A stretch of 63,032 nucleotides of DNA, the filler included, from Octopus bimaculoides (taxonomy: Eukaryota): NCBI RefSeq assembly GCF_001194135.2. It is 4 parts of 4 records of this genome, joined end to end, with 100 filler letters (N's around TTAATTAATTAA, not from the genome) between each part and the next. Parts side by side here need not be neighbours in the genome. Positions count along the whole stretch, not along the records: positions 1 to 21,725 come from NC_068991.1; 3 more parts are not named here. The stretch is one strand, 5' to 3'. The notes beneath the pieces are model-generated. The model worked only from the letters and a program-made list of their open reading frames with translations, ran no database searches and was not told the origin of the DNA. A program made the position numbers and the translations under genes. Of the stretch, positions 1 through 12,634 are shown piece by piece (the stretch's first letter is position 1; the number at the start of each line of letters is the position of its first letter).

Positions 1-38
<38 letters not shown>

Positions 39-49
39 GTGCACGTAGG

Positions 50-225
50 TAGTGGGTTTTATGTCCCCGAAACTTAGCGGCTCAGCAAAAGACATCGATA
101 GAACAAGTACCAGGCTTAACAAAAAATAAGTACTGGGGTCGATCATGCGACTAAAAATTCTTCAAAGCAGTACCCCAGCATGGCCGCTGTCTAATGACTG
201 AAACAAGTAAAAGATAAGATATATA
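50..225 (+). mobile_element. 3' part of tRNA-derived SINE family A (post-microsatellite tail)
   Basis: tatgtccccgaaacttagcgg...aagtactggggtcgat...cagcatggccgc...gactgaaacaagtaaaag recurs at ~8620-8750, 26320-26470 and 34490-34550. Confidence 0.75.
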
Positions 226-284
226 TATATATGTGTGAGTCGTCTAAGAGTCAAAAAGCTAGGGAAATACACACACACACATAT

Positions 285-794
285 AAAGGGAAAAGGAGAA
301 AATGGAGATTTTGAAGATAAGAGTTTATCAGCAACAAATTGATCATTATCCCTTACAGCTGTTTCAGTTATACACAGCGAAATTAATTAAATATTGAATT
401 CATATTTCTGAGCATAATCTCTTCAGAGTGAAAAAAATATACCCTTAGATGTTATGTATGTTTGCTTGTAGATTCATCACAGCAGACATGAATCTACAAA
501 TAAACACACATAACATCTAAGGGTATACTCAGAAAAATGAAATTAATATTTAATTCATTTCACTGTGTATAACTGAAACAGCTGTAAAGGATAATGATCA
601 ATTTGTTGCTGGTAATAAACTCTTATTAATTCAAATCACCATTTTCTTTTTCCTTTGCATGAATATAAACTACAGTTTATATACAGACCTATAATTTTAA
701 GAAAATCTATTCCCCCTAAAATATTAGGTATTGAACCAATATTTTTTGGATGAAACCATCCCTTCATGAGGCTAACATAAAACTGAATTATATA
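285..794. repeat. Foldback / long inverted-repeat element, copy 1
   Basis: Arms ~285-477 and ~488-656 are reverse complements (10-nt loop at 478-487). The right flank to ~794 is homologous to 21450-21580. Confidence 0.8.
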
Positions 795-1799
795 NNNNNN
801 NNNNNNNNNNNNNNNNNNNNNNNNNNNNNNNNNNNNNNNNNNNNNNNNNNNNNNNNNNNNNNNNNNNNNNNNNNNNNNNNNNNNNNNNNNNNNNNNNNNN
901 NNNNNNNNNNNNNNNNNNNNNNNNNNNNNNNNNNNNNNNNNNNNNNNNNNNNNNNNNNNNNNNNNNNNNNNNNNNNNNNNNNNNNNNNNNNNNNNNNNNN
1001 NNNNNNNNNNNNNNNNNNNNNNNNNNNNNNNNNNNNNNNNNNNNNNNNNNNNNNNNNNNNNNNNNNNNNNNNNNNNNNNNNNNNNNNNNNNNNNNNNNNN
1101 NNNNNNNNNNNNNNNNNNNNNNNNNNNNNNNNNNNNNNNNNNNNNNNNNNNNNNNNNNNNNNNNNNNNNNNNNNNNNNNNNNNNNNNNNNNNNNNNNNNN
1201 NNNNNNNNNNNNNNNNNNNNNNNNNNNNNNNNNNNNNNNNNNNNNNNNNNNNNNNNNNNNNNNNNNNNNNNNNNNNNNNNNNNNNNNNNNNNNNNNNNNN
1301 NNNNNNNNNNNNNNNNNNNNNNNNNNNNNNNNNNNNNNNNNNNNNNNNNNNNNNNNNNNNNNNNNNNNNNNNNNNNNNNNNNNNNNNNNNNNNNNNNNNN
1401 NNNNNNNNNNNNNNNNNNNNNNNNNNNNNNNNNNNNNNNNNNNNNNNNNNNNNNNNNNNNNNNNNNNNNNNNNNNNNNNNNNNNNNNNNNNNNNNNNNNN
1501 NNNNNNNNNNNNNNNNNNNNNNNNNNNNNNNNNNNNNNNNNNNNNNNNNNNNNNNNNNNNNNNNNNNNNNNNNNNNNNNNNNNNNNNNNNNNNNNNNNNN
1601 NNGAAGGAAAATGCACACAGTTTACATAGTTTTAATATATTTTGACATATTTTAAATGAAAGAGTATTGTGTTTGTCGACCGGTTTCACTTTTGCTAATT
1701 GTGACATTGAAATTATTGTAATTTCGTATTTTCTTAAAAAGATTTAAGTGTATGTTCTTGTATGGAAGTTTGTGAATGAATCAACAAGTTGAAAGATCT

Positions 1800-2690
1800 A
1801 AGGGGAGATAACTGGTGATTATTATTAATTGGGAACAGAGGAGGCAAATTTAAAGGTTCTTATAGAGAAATTGTTTCTTCGCACTGGTATATGGGGATAA
1901 CTGCAATTTGGTTGGATATTACCTGTACATCTCTCTATATGCTCACTCAAACGTATCTGTCTATACTTTGAGAAATGGATCTGTTACTTATGTAGTGTGG
2001 TTCTCCGTCTAAGTACCATACTTGTCTGTCCTATATAGTTATGTCCACAACCTGAACAAGTTATAGCATAAATTAGATTATTTTTCCAGTTCTCTCTTAA
2101 ACAACTGTGAAATAGATATCCATATTTTTGCAGTGACACTCCATATATGGTGAATTCAAAATATCCCATTATTAAGTTCACAAGAACAGGGGCTGTATTC
2201 GTTCCCATCACGATTCCACATTTTTGTCGGTAGTAGGTGTCATCAAAGAGGAAATAATTGTTCTGAAGTATAGATTTTAAAGTTTCGATAATAAAACTCT
2301 GGTTTATGCGTTCCGGAAGTTCTATGGGATACTTTTCCAGCCAGAATTTTATTGCTTCTATTCGATGGTCATGTGGGATATTAGTGTAATGATTAATAAC
2401 ATCGAAGGAAATCAATAATGTCTCTTCATTAGTTGTTTTTGGTAGGTGCTCAAGCATATCTAGATCGTCTCTAACGAAACTTTTGATGTATTTCAGCAAT
2501 GCTTTCAATAGGATGTCTAGAAAATTGCTTAGGCCGTGGGTCCTAGGATATTTATGTATTTGCCTGGTGATTGTTTGTAGCCTTCATTAATTATCTTGCT
2601 TTTGTGTATTTTAGGTAGGCCGTAAAAAAATACTAGGTTTACATTTTAAGTTTGTAATATAATCTATTTCTTTTTCTGTCAGGCCTTTTC
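1800..2690 (-). mobile_element. Penelope-like element fragment (RT N-half fused to GIY-YIG by internal deletion)
   Basis: FYGLPKIHK motif (~2600-2630), then SFDV.N.YTNIPH and YYRQKCGIVMGTNTAP RT motifs, then LIYAITCSGCGHNYIGQT (GIY-YIG). Confidence 0.88.
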
Positions 2691-2783
2691 CATGTGGATG
2701 AATTAAGGATGCAAGATTTTTCATTGCTTTTTGTTGTTTTTAGTGATCATTTCAAAAATGCTACAGGACTTTTTTTTGCAACC

Positions 2784-2824
<41 letters not shown>

Positions 2825-3655
2825 TGTGTGTGTGTATGTGTGTGTGTGTGTGTGTGTGCACACAAGAAAAAGTCCAAGGGAAGTTCATAGTCAAATTAAA
2901 TAAGTAGAAATATACTAATTCCAGTTGTTGCGGTTCTTGCTTTCGTTGTTGTCATTGTCATCGTCATTGTTCTTGTTGTCGTTGTTTCAATATGTGCACC
3001 AAATACCTTTCAACCTTGAGTGTCACTACAATGTTCTCTTTGATCAAACTTATCAAACTTTGATCAAAGGCGCTCCGGCCACAATTGTCTCGTCAGTTTT
3101 ATTTTCTAGACAATTTTATCCAATAATTCAGACCACCTCATGACGAAATAGAAAGGCCCCTGCCCCGGAGGATAAGGATGATTATAGAGCAAAGATATAA
3201 CGTTTCGGACAAAGTACTTCGTCGAATTCTTGAGGGACGTCAAAGAGAAACTGGGAAGAGTGATAAGGAGATAAAAAAGTAGAAGAGAGCTACAACATTT
3301 ATTGCAAGTATACAAATAAGACATTTGTTTTATTCAGTTTCTTTTGGAAATTCGTATTCATTTCATTTTCTTTAATCGTCCAGATATTCGACAAAAGTTA
3401 AATTGTAATTATTATATGTATGCCATATTAGCCATGCTGGCAAAGTACATTTCTAGAGTTACCCGTCATATGATGGGTAACACTCTAGTTCATACATAAT
3501 TCATGAAGTAAATATTTTATCTTTATATTAATATGACTCTGTGCATTTATTTATCTATCTGTCTGCCTACCTGTCTCTCGCACTCCCCCCCCCCTCTCTC
3601 TCTCTCTNNNNNNNNNNNNNNNNNNNNNNNNNNNNNNNNNNNNNNNNNNNNNNNN

Positions 3656-3713
<58 letters not shown>

Positions 3714-4665
3714 CTTTGTCTGTCTATTTATTTATCTATCCTGATCTGCTGACCGATAGAGGCAAACACAGATAGTTGTTTTTTAACCTCTATGCCAAAC
3801 TCAGCTGAGCAGACGTTAAGAAAGCTATTCAAGCCTCTACAACACTGTCAATCTCATAGCCAGTCAATATCCAGAACGACATTATTCAATGTGCCCGTCC
3901 CTTTTCAAGATGGTTGGGTATAATTTGAGGGAGGTTTCACTGTTATTTCTAGCAGTTCGAGAGAACACCCTAGAGTCCCCACCACGACATATATTTATAC
4001 ACACGCACGTATATACATATACGAATGCATACATACATTCATCCATCCATCCATACATACATACATACATACATACATACATACATGCATGCATGTATAC
4101 ATGCATGTTCAGTCATACACCCACAATAATACGTACACATACACATCATGAAAGCATTTGGGCGGCTTTTCTCACGTGACATTTTTTTAATTCAAATTCT
4201 TCACGCGATGATGATGATGATGATGATGTGCATGAGACAGATACACCCCCTTCTCTCCCCTCTGCACACATAGATCTTCGTTAATTTTCGACAAACTCAT
4301 AAATTATTGAGTGAAGAATTTAATTTTAACCCTTTAGGATTCAGATTACTCTGTCAAATATTTTAGTGCTTATTTATTCTCGTTCTTTTGAATTAATCAT
4401 GCATTATCTCATAACTTCGAGATTTCAATGATGTGATACTTTATTTTTAGATAGGTGTGAGAGGTTGCATTTGGTCAATTGGAACGTAGAACAGATAGAA
4501 TATTTGGGCCTGATATGGCTTGTTTAAATACTTAAAAGGGTCAAGAAAAGTGATGGTGATGACGATGATGCAATAAAATCTTTTTCTACATACCAAATCC
4601 ATGAGGCAAGAGGAGGTTCCACGAAAAATTTTATCTCTGAAAATAAATGACAATGTGTTTAAGCC

Positions 4666-4679
4666 GTTGTCATGGCGAC
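4666..4679. promoter_or_regulatory. RFX X-box-like motif
   Basis: GTTGTCATGGCGAC versus consensus GTTGCCATGGCAAC, in a locally CpG-rich patch. Confidence 0.4.
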
Positions 4680-5318
4680 CGTCTATCAAACAGATTGTTC
4701 CGGTTCACGGCATTGTTGATCAACTCACGTGTACTTAACACATATGTAATTGACATGTTAATTAATAAACACAGCAGAAACGATGTTAACATGTTCAGTG
4801 CTTTACTGTTAATAATAATTTGTTCGGTGTTATAAAATAAATAAAGTCCCAGACAACTGCTGAGATCGATAGAATCTATTGCTCTTTGTTGTGCCTATTG
4901 TAAGTAATTGATCATTTTTGTGGGCGTATGTGTGTAAGTCTTCACGCGCGCACGCACACACACATAGATAGATAGATAGATAGATTGAGTGATTGTTAGA
5001 TGTGTATGTATGTTTGTATTCATGCATGTATGTATACAACCTGTTAATGGCTAGCAAGCCGATATTTTGAAGTCACTAAAAATATTAATAAATATGTACT
5101 CTACTAAAAAATATTGAGTTATCCTTCAGTTTATTGCAATTTTTTTAAATATATAATTTCACATGAAAGCAAACATTAATACGTACGTACAAGAATACAC
5201 ACATGTGAGTCTCTATAAGTGAGCATGTGTGCATATACCTATATGCATGCGCGCGCGTGCGTGTGTGTTGTCTGTATATGTGTATTTTTGTACCTAAATG
5301 AAATTTTTGTTTTTCTTG

Positions 5319-5580
5319 AGGCATGGCGGTGTGGTTAAGAAACTCGCTTTGCAAACACGTGGTTTCGGATTCAGTCCCACTGTACGTCACTGTGGGGAAG
5401 GGTCTTTTACTATTAGCCCGGCCTATTAATACCCCGTGAGTGAACTTGGTAGACGGAAAGTGTGTAGAAGCCCTTCATAGATATATGTGTATGTCTGTAT
5501 TTGTGTTTATCCTCCCCACCGCTTCTTGACAATCAGTGTTGATTTGTAACTTAGCATTTCGGTAAAAGAGACGGATAAAA
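5319..5580 (+). mobile_element. SINE family A (tRNA-like head)
   Basis: A-box/B-box-like head ggcggtgtggttaag...ggtttcggattcagtccc, body gtgagtgaacttggtagacggaaa, tail segment shared with other copies. Confidence 0.75.
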
Positions 5581-5581
5581 T

Positions 5582-5582
<1 letters not shown>

Positions 5583-5654
<72 letters not shown>

Positions 5655-6680
5655 GTTTAACGTCCGCTTTCCATGCTGGCATGGGCTTGACAGTTTGATT
5701 GAGGACTGGTGAGTCAGGCTGCACCAGGCTCAATCTGATCTGGCAAATTTTCTACAGCTGGATGCCCTTCCTAACGCCAACCACTCTGAGAGTGTAGTGG
5801 GTGCTTTTACGTGACACCGGCACAGGGGCCAGTCAGGCAGTTCTGGCAACGACCATGCTCAAAAGGTGTTTTTTATGTGCTACCTGCACGGGAACCATTC
5901 CAGCGGCACTGGCAACAACCACGCACAAATGTTGCTTTTCACATGCCACCGCACATGTGCCGGTACAGTGATGCTGGTAATGATCATGCTTGAATGGTGC
6001 TTTTCATGTGCCACCGGCACGGGAGCCAAAACATGGCCCTGGCAACAATCACGCTCGGATGTGCTTTTAACATTCCACTGGCATGAGTGCCAATCAGGCG
6101 GTACTGTCATTGGCCATGTCAGCGATTTTGATTTGTTTTCACTTGCCTCAATAAGTCTTCGCAAGCAATGTTCATTGTCCAATGAATGAGGGGTACTCAT
6201 AAGTAAGCCAGTTACACCCCACATTCGGATGTGCTTTTAACGTTCCACCGGCACGAATGTCAATCAGACGATACTGTCATCGGCCACATCAGCAATTTTG
6301 ATTTTGATTTCACTTGCCTCAATAGGTCTTCGCAAGCAAAGCTTATTGTCCAATAAATGAGGGGTATTCATAAGTGGGCTGGTTACACCCACTGGCATAA
6401 GCCATGGGCCATGGTCTCACTTGGCTTGTCGGGTCTTCTCAAACACAACATATCTCTAAAAGTCTCAGTCACTAGTAAGTGACTCAGTAAGGCCCAACGT
6501 TCGAAGGTTGTGCTTCACCACCTCATCCCAGGTCTTCATGGGTCTACCTCTTCCACAGGTTCCCTCAACTGCTAGGGTGTTACACTTTTTCACACAGCTG
6601 TCCTCATTCATTCGCAACACATGACCATACCAGCGCAGTTGTCTCTCTTGCACACCACATCTGATGCTTCTTAAATCCAA
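5583..6680 (-). mobile_element. RTE-clade LINE 3' end with (GAT)n tail and ~170-bp tandem duplication in the 3'UTR
   Basis: ERQLRWYGHVLRMNEDSCVKKC...GRGRPMKTWDEVV is the RTE RT C-terminus. Tail appears as (CAT)n at 5583-5654. 6055-6224 is duplicated at 6225-6391. Confidence 0.88.
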
Positions 6681-7059
6681 CTAAGTACTTACAAAATGAG
6701 TACTGGGCTGATTTGTACAACTAAACCCTTCAACGCAGTGCCCCAACATGGCTACAGCCCAATAACTGAAACAAGTAAGAGATTAAAAATGAAAGATAAG
6801 TTGTTTACATATATTTTTCTTGTAAACCTAAAATGTTAACTATTTTAGCCAACTTTTATTGCGACCAGATTCAGCTGTTTTTCCCCAAATCCTTAGCATG
6901 ACTGGAATGGTGGGGGTGAGCCTGATTAAGAAGTTCACTTTGCAACTACATAGTTTCAGTTTCGATCTTACATTGCTTCATCTTGTGTAAACATCTACTA
7001 CAATCAAGGGTGGCCAGTACTTTGTAAGAGAAATTTATTAAATGGAAAATGTTCAAAAG

Positions 7060-7400
7060 ACCATTGTATCTGAACCTCACCCACTATATGCCAGGATAGA
7101 ACTTATGGGAGAGGAAGGAGAGCCCATTGCACCATGGTACATCAATGGTATTTATAAAGTCAAAGTTCTTTACAATTTCAGCTGCAGTGGAGACCTCTGG
7201 TATTCTTGGCTTCTGGACCATATCCCGGCTCACTGCTATCGGGGCAGAGATGGCAATCCAGAAATGTGAGCCCTGTGAATCAGAGCGGCTGTTCCAGTGC
7301 ATCTCCCTTACCAATCCTCTGGGGCAATGCCTTTTCCATTTCGTCTGTTGGGACCATAAGGCAGTCTGAATTACAGGAAATTGAGAGAATTTAAGAATAT
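7060..7400 (+). mobile_element. CRE-like non-LTR retrotransposon, REL endonuclease C-terminal fragment
   Basis: Frameshifted AVETSGILG..T...L..IG......EP.ES.RLFQ.ISL....GNA.SI resembles the CRE/Cnl1 C-terminal consensus AVET.G......L..IG.......YLFQRISLAIQRGNA. Confidence 0.6.
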
Positions 7401-7739
7401 TGTAGCTTACTACACCAAAAGACTAAACTGGTCAACATATGAAAAGCTGAGCTTATTAAAACTTTTAATAGCATAAAAGACACACAGGCTTCTTAAACAC
7501 ACCCCAGTTTCAGCAGAGCATATTTAGGAAAAACATCTTAATGCATTAAAGCATGTAATATAGGCCCAATTTTGCATATTGGACCTGGGAGGGATTTTTT
7601 GAGACATTTTTTTTGGTAAACTAGTACATCTTATATGTCATCAAATTCAGTAATTCCTATTGTAGCACACATACTCATTATTTGGAGTAATAACAACATA
7701 AATTTAAGAAATATATTTTAAAAAGAAAAATGGGGTTGC

Positions 7740-8340
7740 TTTGCTTAATCATGTCAGGTTGCTCTTGAGTGCTACTGGTAACATGTAACCCAGTACAACC
7801 TGTTGCATGGTCGGATTGTTGGTGACTAAACTGGCAACCCCATCAAACTTGCTTGGTGAGGAGGGTGATTGTTGGACACCTTGCGGGGTGAAAAATAAGA
7901 CCTATCAAAGGGCAGAAGAACTACTGTGTAGTCAACGGCCAATTCAACAAGTACCTTGTCGTGGTGAAGTGCCTGTATGCTCCATTGTCCCGGGGAGCTA
8001 TGCTGGAGGGAGGGAAGTCTTCAGGCAGATTTTACTAAGCCAGACAGGTTGAAGGGTAGGAGACAGACAAAACCTTAATGGCAATAAATCGAAGCGTCAG
8101 CAGCAGGGCGTGGATTTAGTTATCAGCAGGACCTAACAGATCAGATTCCTGACTTCGAACTAGCAGGATGTCATGCAGAGGATCTTGGATACAAAACAAT
8201 GGGTGAGACCCTAATATTCCTAGTTAGATGGAAACTGTGGGACCACATGGAGCAGTGCCCTGTGACTCCTATAGTATGCACAAATGAAACCCCTAAAAGA
8301 GACATCCTATGGGACAACCTAGGTGAGATGAGACGAGATA
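7740..8340 (+). mobile_element. Probable RTE-type LINE 5'UTR/start fragment
   Basis: GC-richer tract with taaactggcaacccc, ccggggagctatgctggagggagg and ggttgaagggtagg, recalled from RTE 5' regions. No clear protein motif. Confidence 0.35.
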
Positions 8341-8421
8341 CTTAATCATACAGAGCTCTTAATCAGAGTCTGAGACGTATGCAGTTCAATTCTTCGTAGC
8401 AGCCTGTAAGCCACCTTTTAT

Positions 8422-8760
8422 AGGCAGAGGCATGGTTATATGGTAAGAAGCTTGCTTCCCAACCTCATGGTTCTGGGTTCAGTCTCATTGCATATCTTCT
8501 TGTGAGTGAATTTGGTAGACAGAAACTGAAAGAAGCCTACTGTATATATATGTGTGTGTGTGTTCTAGTTGTGTTAGTGTTTACCCCCACCACTGCTTGA
8601 CAGCTAGTGTTAGATTTTTATGTCCCCATAACTTAGCGGTTTGAAAGAAAAGAGACCGATAGGATAAGCGCCTGGCTTAAAAAAATAAAAAGTACTGGGA
8701 TCAATTCATTCGACTAAAAGTTCTTCAAGACAGTCTAATAACCGGAACAGATGAAAAAAA
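8422..8760 (+). mobile_element. SINE family A, near full length
   Basis: Head, internal (TA/TG)n and tail all match the other family A copies. Confidence 0.75.
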
Positions 8761-11472
8761 TGATATATTTTGGGTGATTTGCGACTATTTTTGGTTTATT
8801 TTTCTATGAATAATTTTGAGCTACATTTCAAAATTGTATTTAGTTTTCCTCAATGATGTAAACATGTCAAGAACATTAAAAGTTTTCATTTCTAGTTTCC
8901 CTCTTGTTTAATGTTAAGTAAAGCAAGCCTAATTTAAGTTCTCAAACATAATTAGAACAATGCATTTTGCTTTCTCACATCTGTCATGCCAGTAGAAAGT
9001 GCAATACCTCACTTTTTCCAAATAGCTACTCTAAAATTTGGGGAAACACTTGGTATACACAAATGAAACAGCATTAAATTAAAATCACCATCTGTGTATC
9101 ATATTAAATGCATAAACACAGACTTTATGTTTTTATAAGCGAGTCCCAAACAAAGTAAGAAGCTACTTAGTATAAGGGGCTATGAAGAAGGAGAATTAAG
9201 ATGAAGGGAATAGATTTACTTTAGACTTGAAAGAGCTCAAGTCATAAGAAGGAGGAAAACAATGAGATAGAAAGGAGTACCAAAGTCTGGCTGTTCAAGG
9301 GAAAAAGCTACTGTAAAAAGACTTCCTTATTCGTAGAAACACAACATTTGGATGAAGACAATGTGAGTTTTGAGTCAGGCAAAACAACACAAAGTATTCT
9401 AAAACTAAGAGAGAAAGTTCATCAGAACATTTCCTGTGCAATAATAATAGAAAAACTAAAACTGGTGATGTCATGTCAATTGTTTTTAACCCAACAAGTC
9501 TTTGAAAAGATTTTATCTCAGATAATTCCACATTTTGCCCTCTAACAGTGTGCATACATTTAGTATGATACATTGATATCAATTAGAAAAATTTTTGTCT
9601 CCATAGGGAATGGTAAACTTGAGTTCCTCAGTCTCAAAAATTTGAACGTTTTGGGTAACTTTCCAGAAGCATCTGACAATCCAAAACTTTTTTTCACAAA
9701 GTTCAAAACTGTCTTTATCAAGGCTGTAAAACTGTCTAAGGTTGATGGGATAATCATTCACTTACTACAAGTTACTTAGAGTGAACCAATGAATTCGTTG
9801 TTACTCCAAGAAATTTATAATTATTTCTTAAATAGACTAAATTCTATTACAAAAGAAGACCAGATTTGGCTTTAGTACATTCCCAATCAACTAATGTTAT
9901 CCTTAAACTTGTGACAATTGAGAAAATTGTTTGCAAAGAATAACAAACCTTTCTGCATTTGCTGTATATTCAGAGCCTATAAGGGGTGAGTGGAGGTTAG
10001 CTAGGGCATTAATTTGGAAGCTCAAAGGAAGGATCTGTCAAGTATATTTGGGCACACTGCTTGTAAACAAAACAAAACAACAACAAACAAACAAGCAAAA
10101 ATGCTCACAACACCTTTGAGCATAGAGAGAATACCCATTCTGGGTTTGGATTGAAGTAAAAGGAGTCTTGTTTGCTTTGTAACATTTTTCTTGGTAACCC
10201 TTTGCATATATTGTTAGTTTCATGTTAAAAAATCCTTAATCTATTTGAAATCAAACTGCTAAGACTGCCTCTGCTTGCATGAACCAAATTTCTGTTTGAA
10301 AGTGATCTAATTTAACAGGTACCATCAAAATTTTGTTAGCTTATGTTTCAACATTATTTTCAAAATTATGTGAAACAAAGCCAACAGAAATATGGTAGCA
10401 TAAGGTAGTTGTGTTAATCTCAAACACTAACACAATGTTTAAGACAACTTTTCTCTCAGATATTTGTTATGAAGGATGTTGCTTTTATTAGAATCAAATC
10501 CTTGTCCACAAAAAAAAAAAAAAAAATCAAATTTTGAATCCCATATAGATAAATCATTCTTTCAGTATGTTATGGAAACTATCAATAGTTACTTAGTTTT
10601 TCTGTTGCAGCTAATCCTACATCATTAGCTTTTTTTCCCCACCAGAGATTTTTTCAACCAAATCACCTTTCTAGTAGAATATTCCATTCTTCACACAAAG
10701 TTTCACTTGATCTTCAAATGATTCAAGCCAATGATTCTTGACTGCTTAAAACATTATCACAAAGAGATTTTAAATAACAAGCAGTGCATCATGAAAATCA
10801 ATTAAAGAATTTTATTACAAAACCATGAAAACAAAAGTTAAAATTTGGTCTTGCATCACTCTTTCTATCAGCTGTTGGATTTTGATCATCAGCTGCATTT
10901 TCCCAAAGTTTCAGTATGCTATCATATGTATTAATTAATTGATATCATTTTGGAAACTCAGCTGAATTTCAGATTTGTATCTGATAACCATTGATATGTC
11001 ATCCTTCTGGTTTTGTCAAAGGAGATTTGCACACATATAGAATAAATAAAATGACTGAACTGCACTGAAAGAATTTTCCATTAATATATCAAGGTTAGCA
11101 CCATGCCTCCAAACCAAATTGAAGGATTATTGCAGTTTCAGTCTACTAAGTCATTCTTCTGTTTTCTAAGATTTATTTTGATTCTTTTTCACTGGGAGAA
11201 ATATCAGTGTTTTTATTTCTTTATTTGTTATTGCATTTCAAGAAAATAATAAACAACAAAAGCAAAATGTTGTTTTCATCTTTAGAGAATTAACAAACCA
11301 TGAAGCACCAAACTTCTCTACATCCATTTCCAACATACTTTTGAACCATCTTTCTTTTCACTCATTGGTTTTGTATAGGAAGAAATGATTCTTTATCATT
11401 TTGGAAATACTTTGTACAAATGTAACTCTTTGTTTGTACAGCAACAGATAATATTGTTTTGATATTGAACTT

Positions 11473-11710
11473 CATCATCATTTAATATCTGTTTTCCATG
11501 CTGGCATGGGTTAGACAGTTCTAGCTTGTTTTGATTTGGTCTCTACAGCTGGATGCCCTTCCTTAACACAAGCCATTCTATAGAGTGAAGTGAGTGTCTT
11601 TTGTATGTCACTGACACAGGTACCTTTTATGTGTCATTGACACAAGTGCTTTTTACATGTCACCAACAATGGCCACTACTGCAATTTCACTTAGCTTGAC
11701 ATGTCTTTTC
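11473..11710 (-). mobile_element. RTE LINE 3'UTR fragment
   Basis: catcatcatttaa...ttccatgctggcatgggtt...ctacagctggatgcccttcc matches 5640-5780. Confidence 0.75.
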
Positions 11711-12029
11711 AAGCACAGCAAATCACCAGAAGTTACCATAATATTAAATTGTATTTGGTAAACCTGTGCAGTATTTCCCTGGTTTGTGATATTCGAACTT
11801 TTAGCATATTCTGCTTCTTGAAAAAGTATCTAATTCTTCTTCTAATACGACCATAGCTTAGTTTCAATTCATTTCTGTTGTAATTGATGTTGTACCTGTT
11901 TTGTATTAGTTTATTATTTATACAACCACCTCCATCACTATACACTGCACTCAGGTGATAGGGCATGTCAAGCATGTTACTTGGTGACCACATTAGTGCC
12001 ATGAAAACGACACCCAATATACTCTGTAA

Positions 12030-12172
12030 AGTGGTGGTGAAAGAAAGGGAATCTAGCTGTAGAAACCATGTCAAAACAAACATTACATTGGAGCTTGATG
12101 CTGTCAGAATTTCTTGAATAGTCCAACCCATGCCAGCATGGAAGAGAAAGAGATGAAATAATGATGATGATG
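12030..12172 (+). mobile_element. RTE LINE 3' terminus fragment
   Basis: tagctgtagaaacc...ccaacccatgccagcatggaa...(GAT)n, the reverse complement of the family end. Confidence 0.72.
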
Positions 12173-12628
12173 AAGTATTTCCACTGCATATATTTTAACC
12201 TCTAAAATAAACAGGCACATTTCAATTTTATTTTATAATTCAACATATGCCTGCTGTTTGTGTTATGAAGAGAGAATCAGATAACATGAGAGAGACAGAC
12301 AGACAGACAGACACACACAAAGGGAGTGTTAAAGTGTGTGCATAAAATAGAATGAGAGTTAAAATGCGTAAAAATTAGAAAAATAAGACCTGATACTGCA
12401 CAACATAGATACTGAAATTGTGAAACAAAGTTTTGTTTATATTTTTAAACAGAAATTATTCTATATAATATAAGTGCATATTTTACGTTGTTTAGAGATA
12501 TAAATATAAGTTTGCATTTCAATTTTAGATCAACCAACAATAAACTGATATTTTAAATTGTTTTATTAGAATAAAATGATCAATAAAAGGGAGTAAAAAA
12601 TTGTAAATTGATTTCATGAATTCATTCT

Positions 12629-12634
12629 TTTATT
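12629..12634 (-). terminator. Candidate polyadenylation signal (AATAAA) of the TTC9-like gene
   Basis: AATAAA on the minus strand about 470 nt past the stop; a second one at 12562-12567. Confidence 0.4.
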
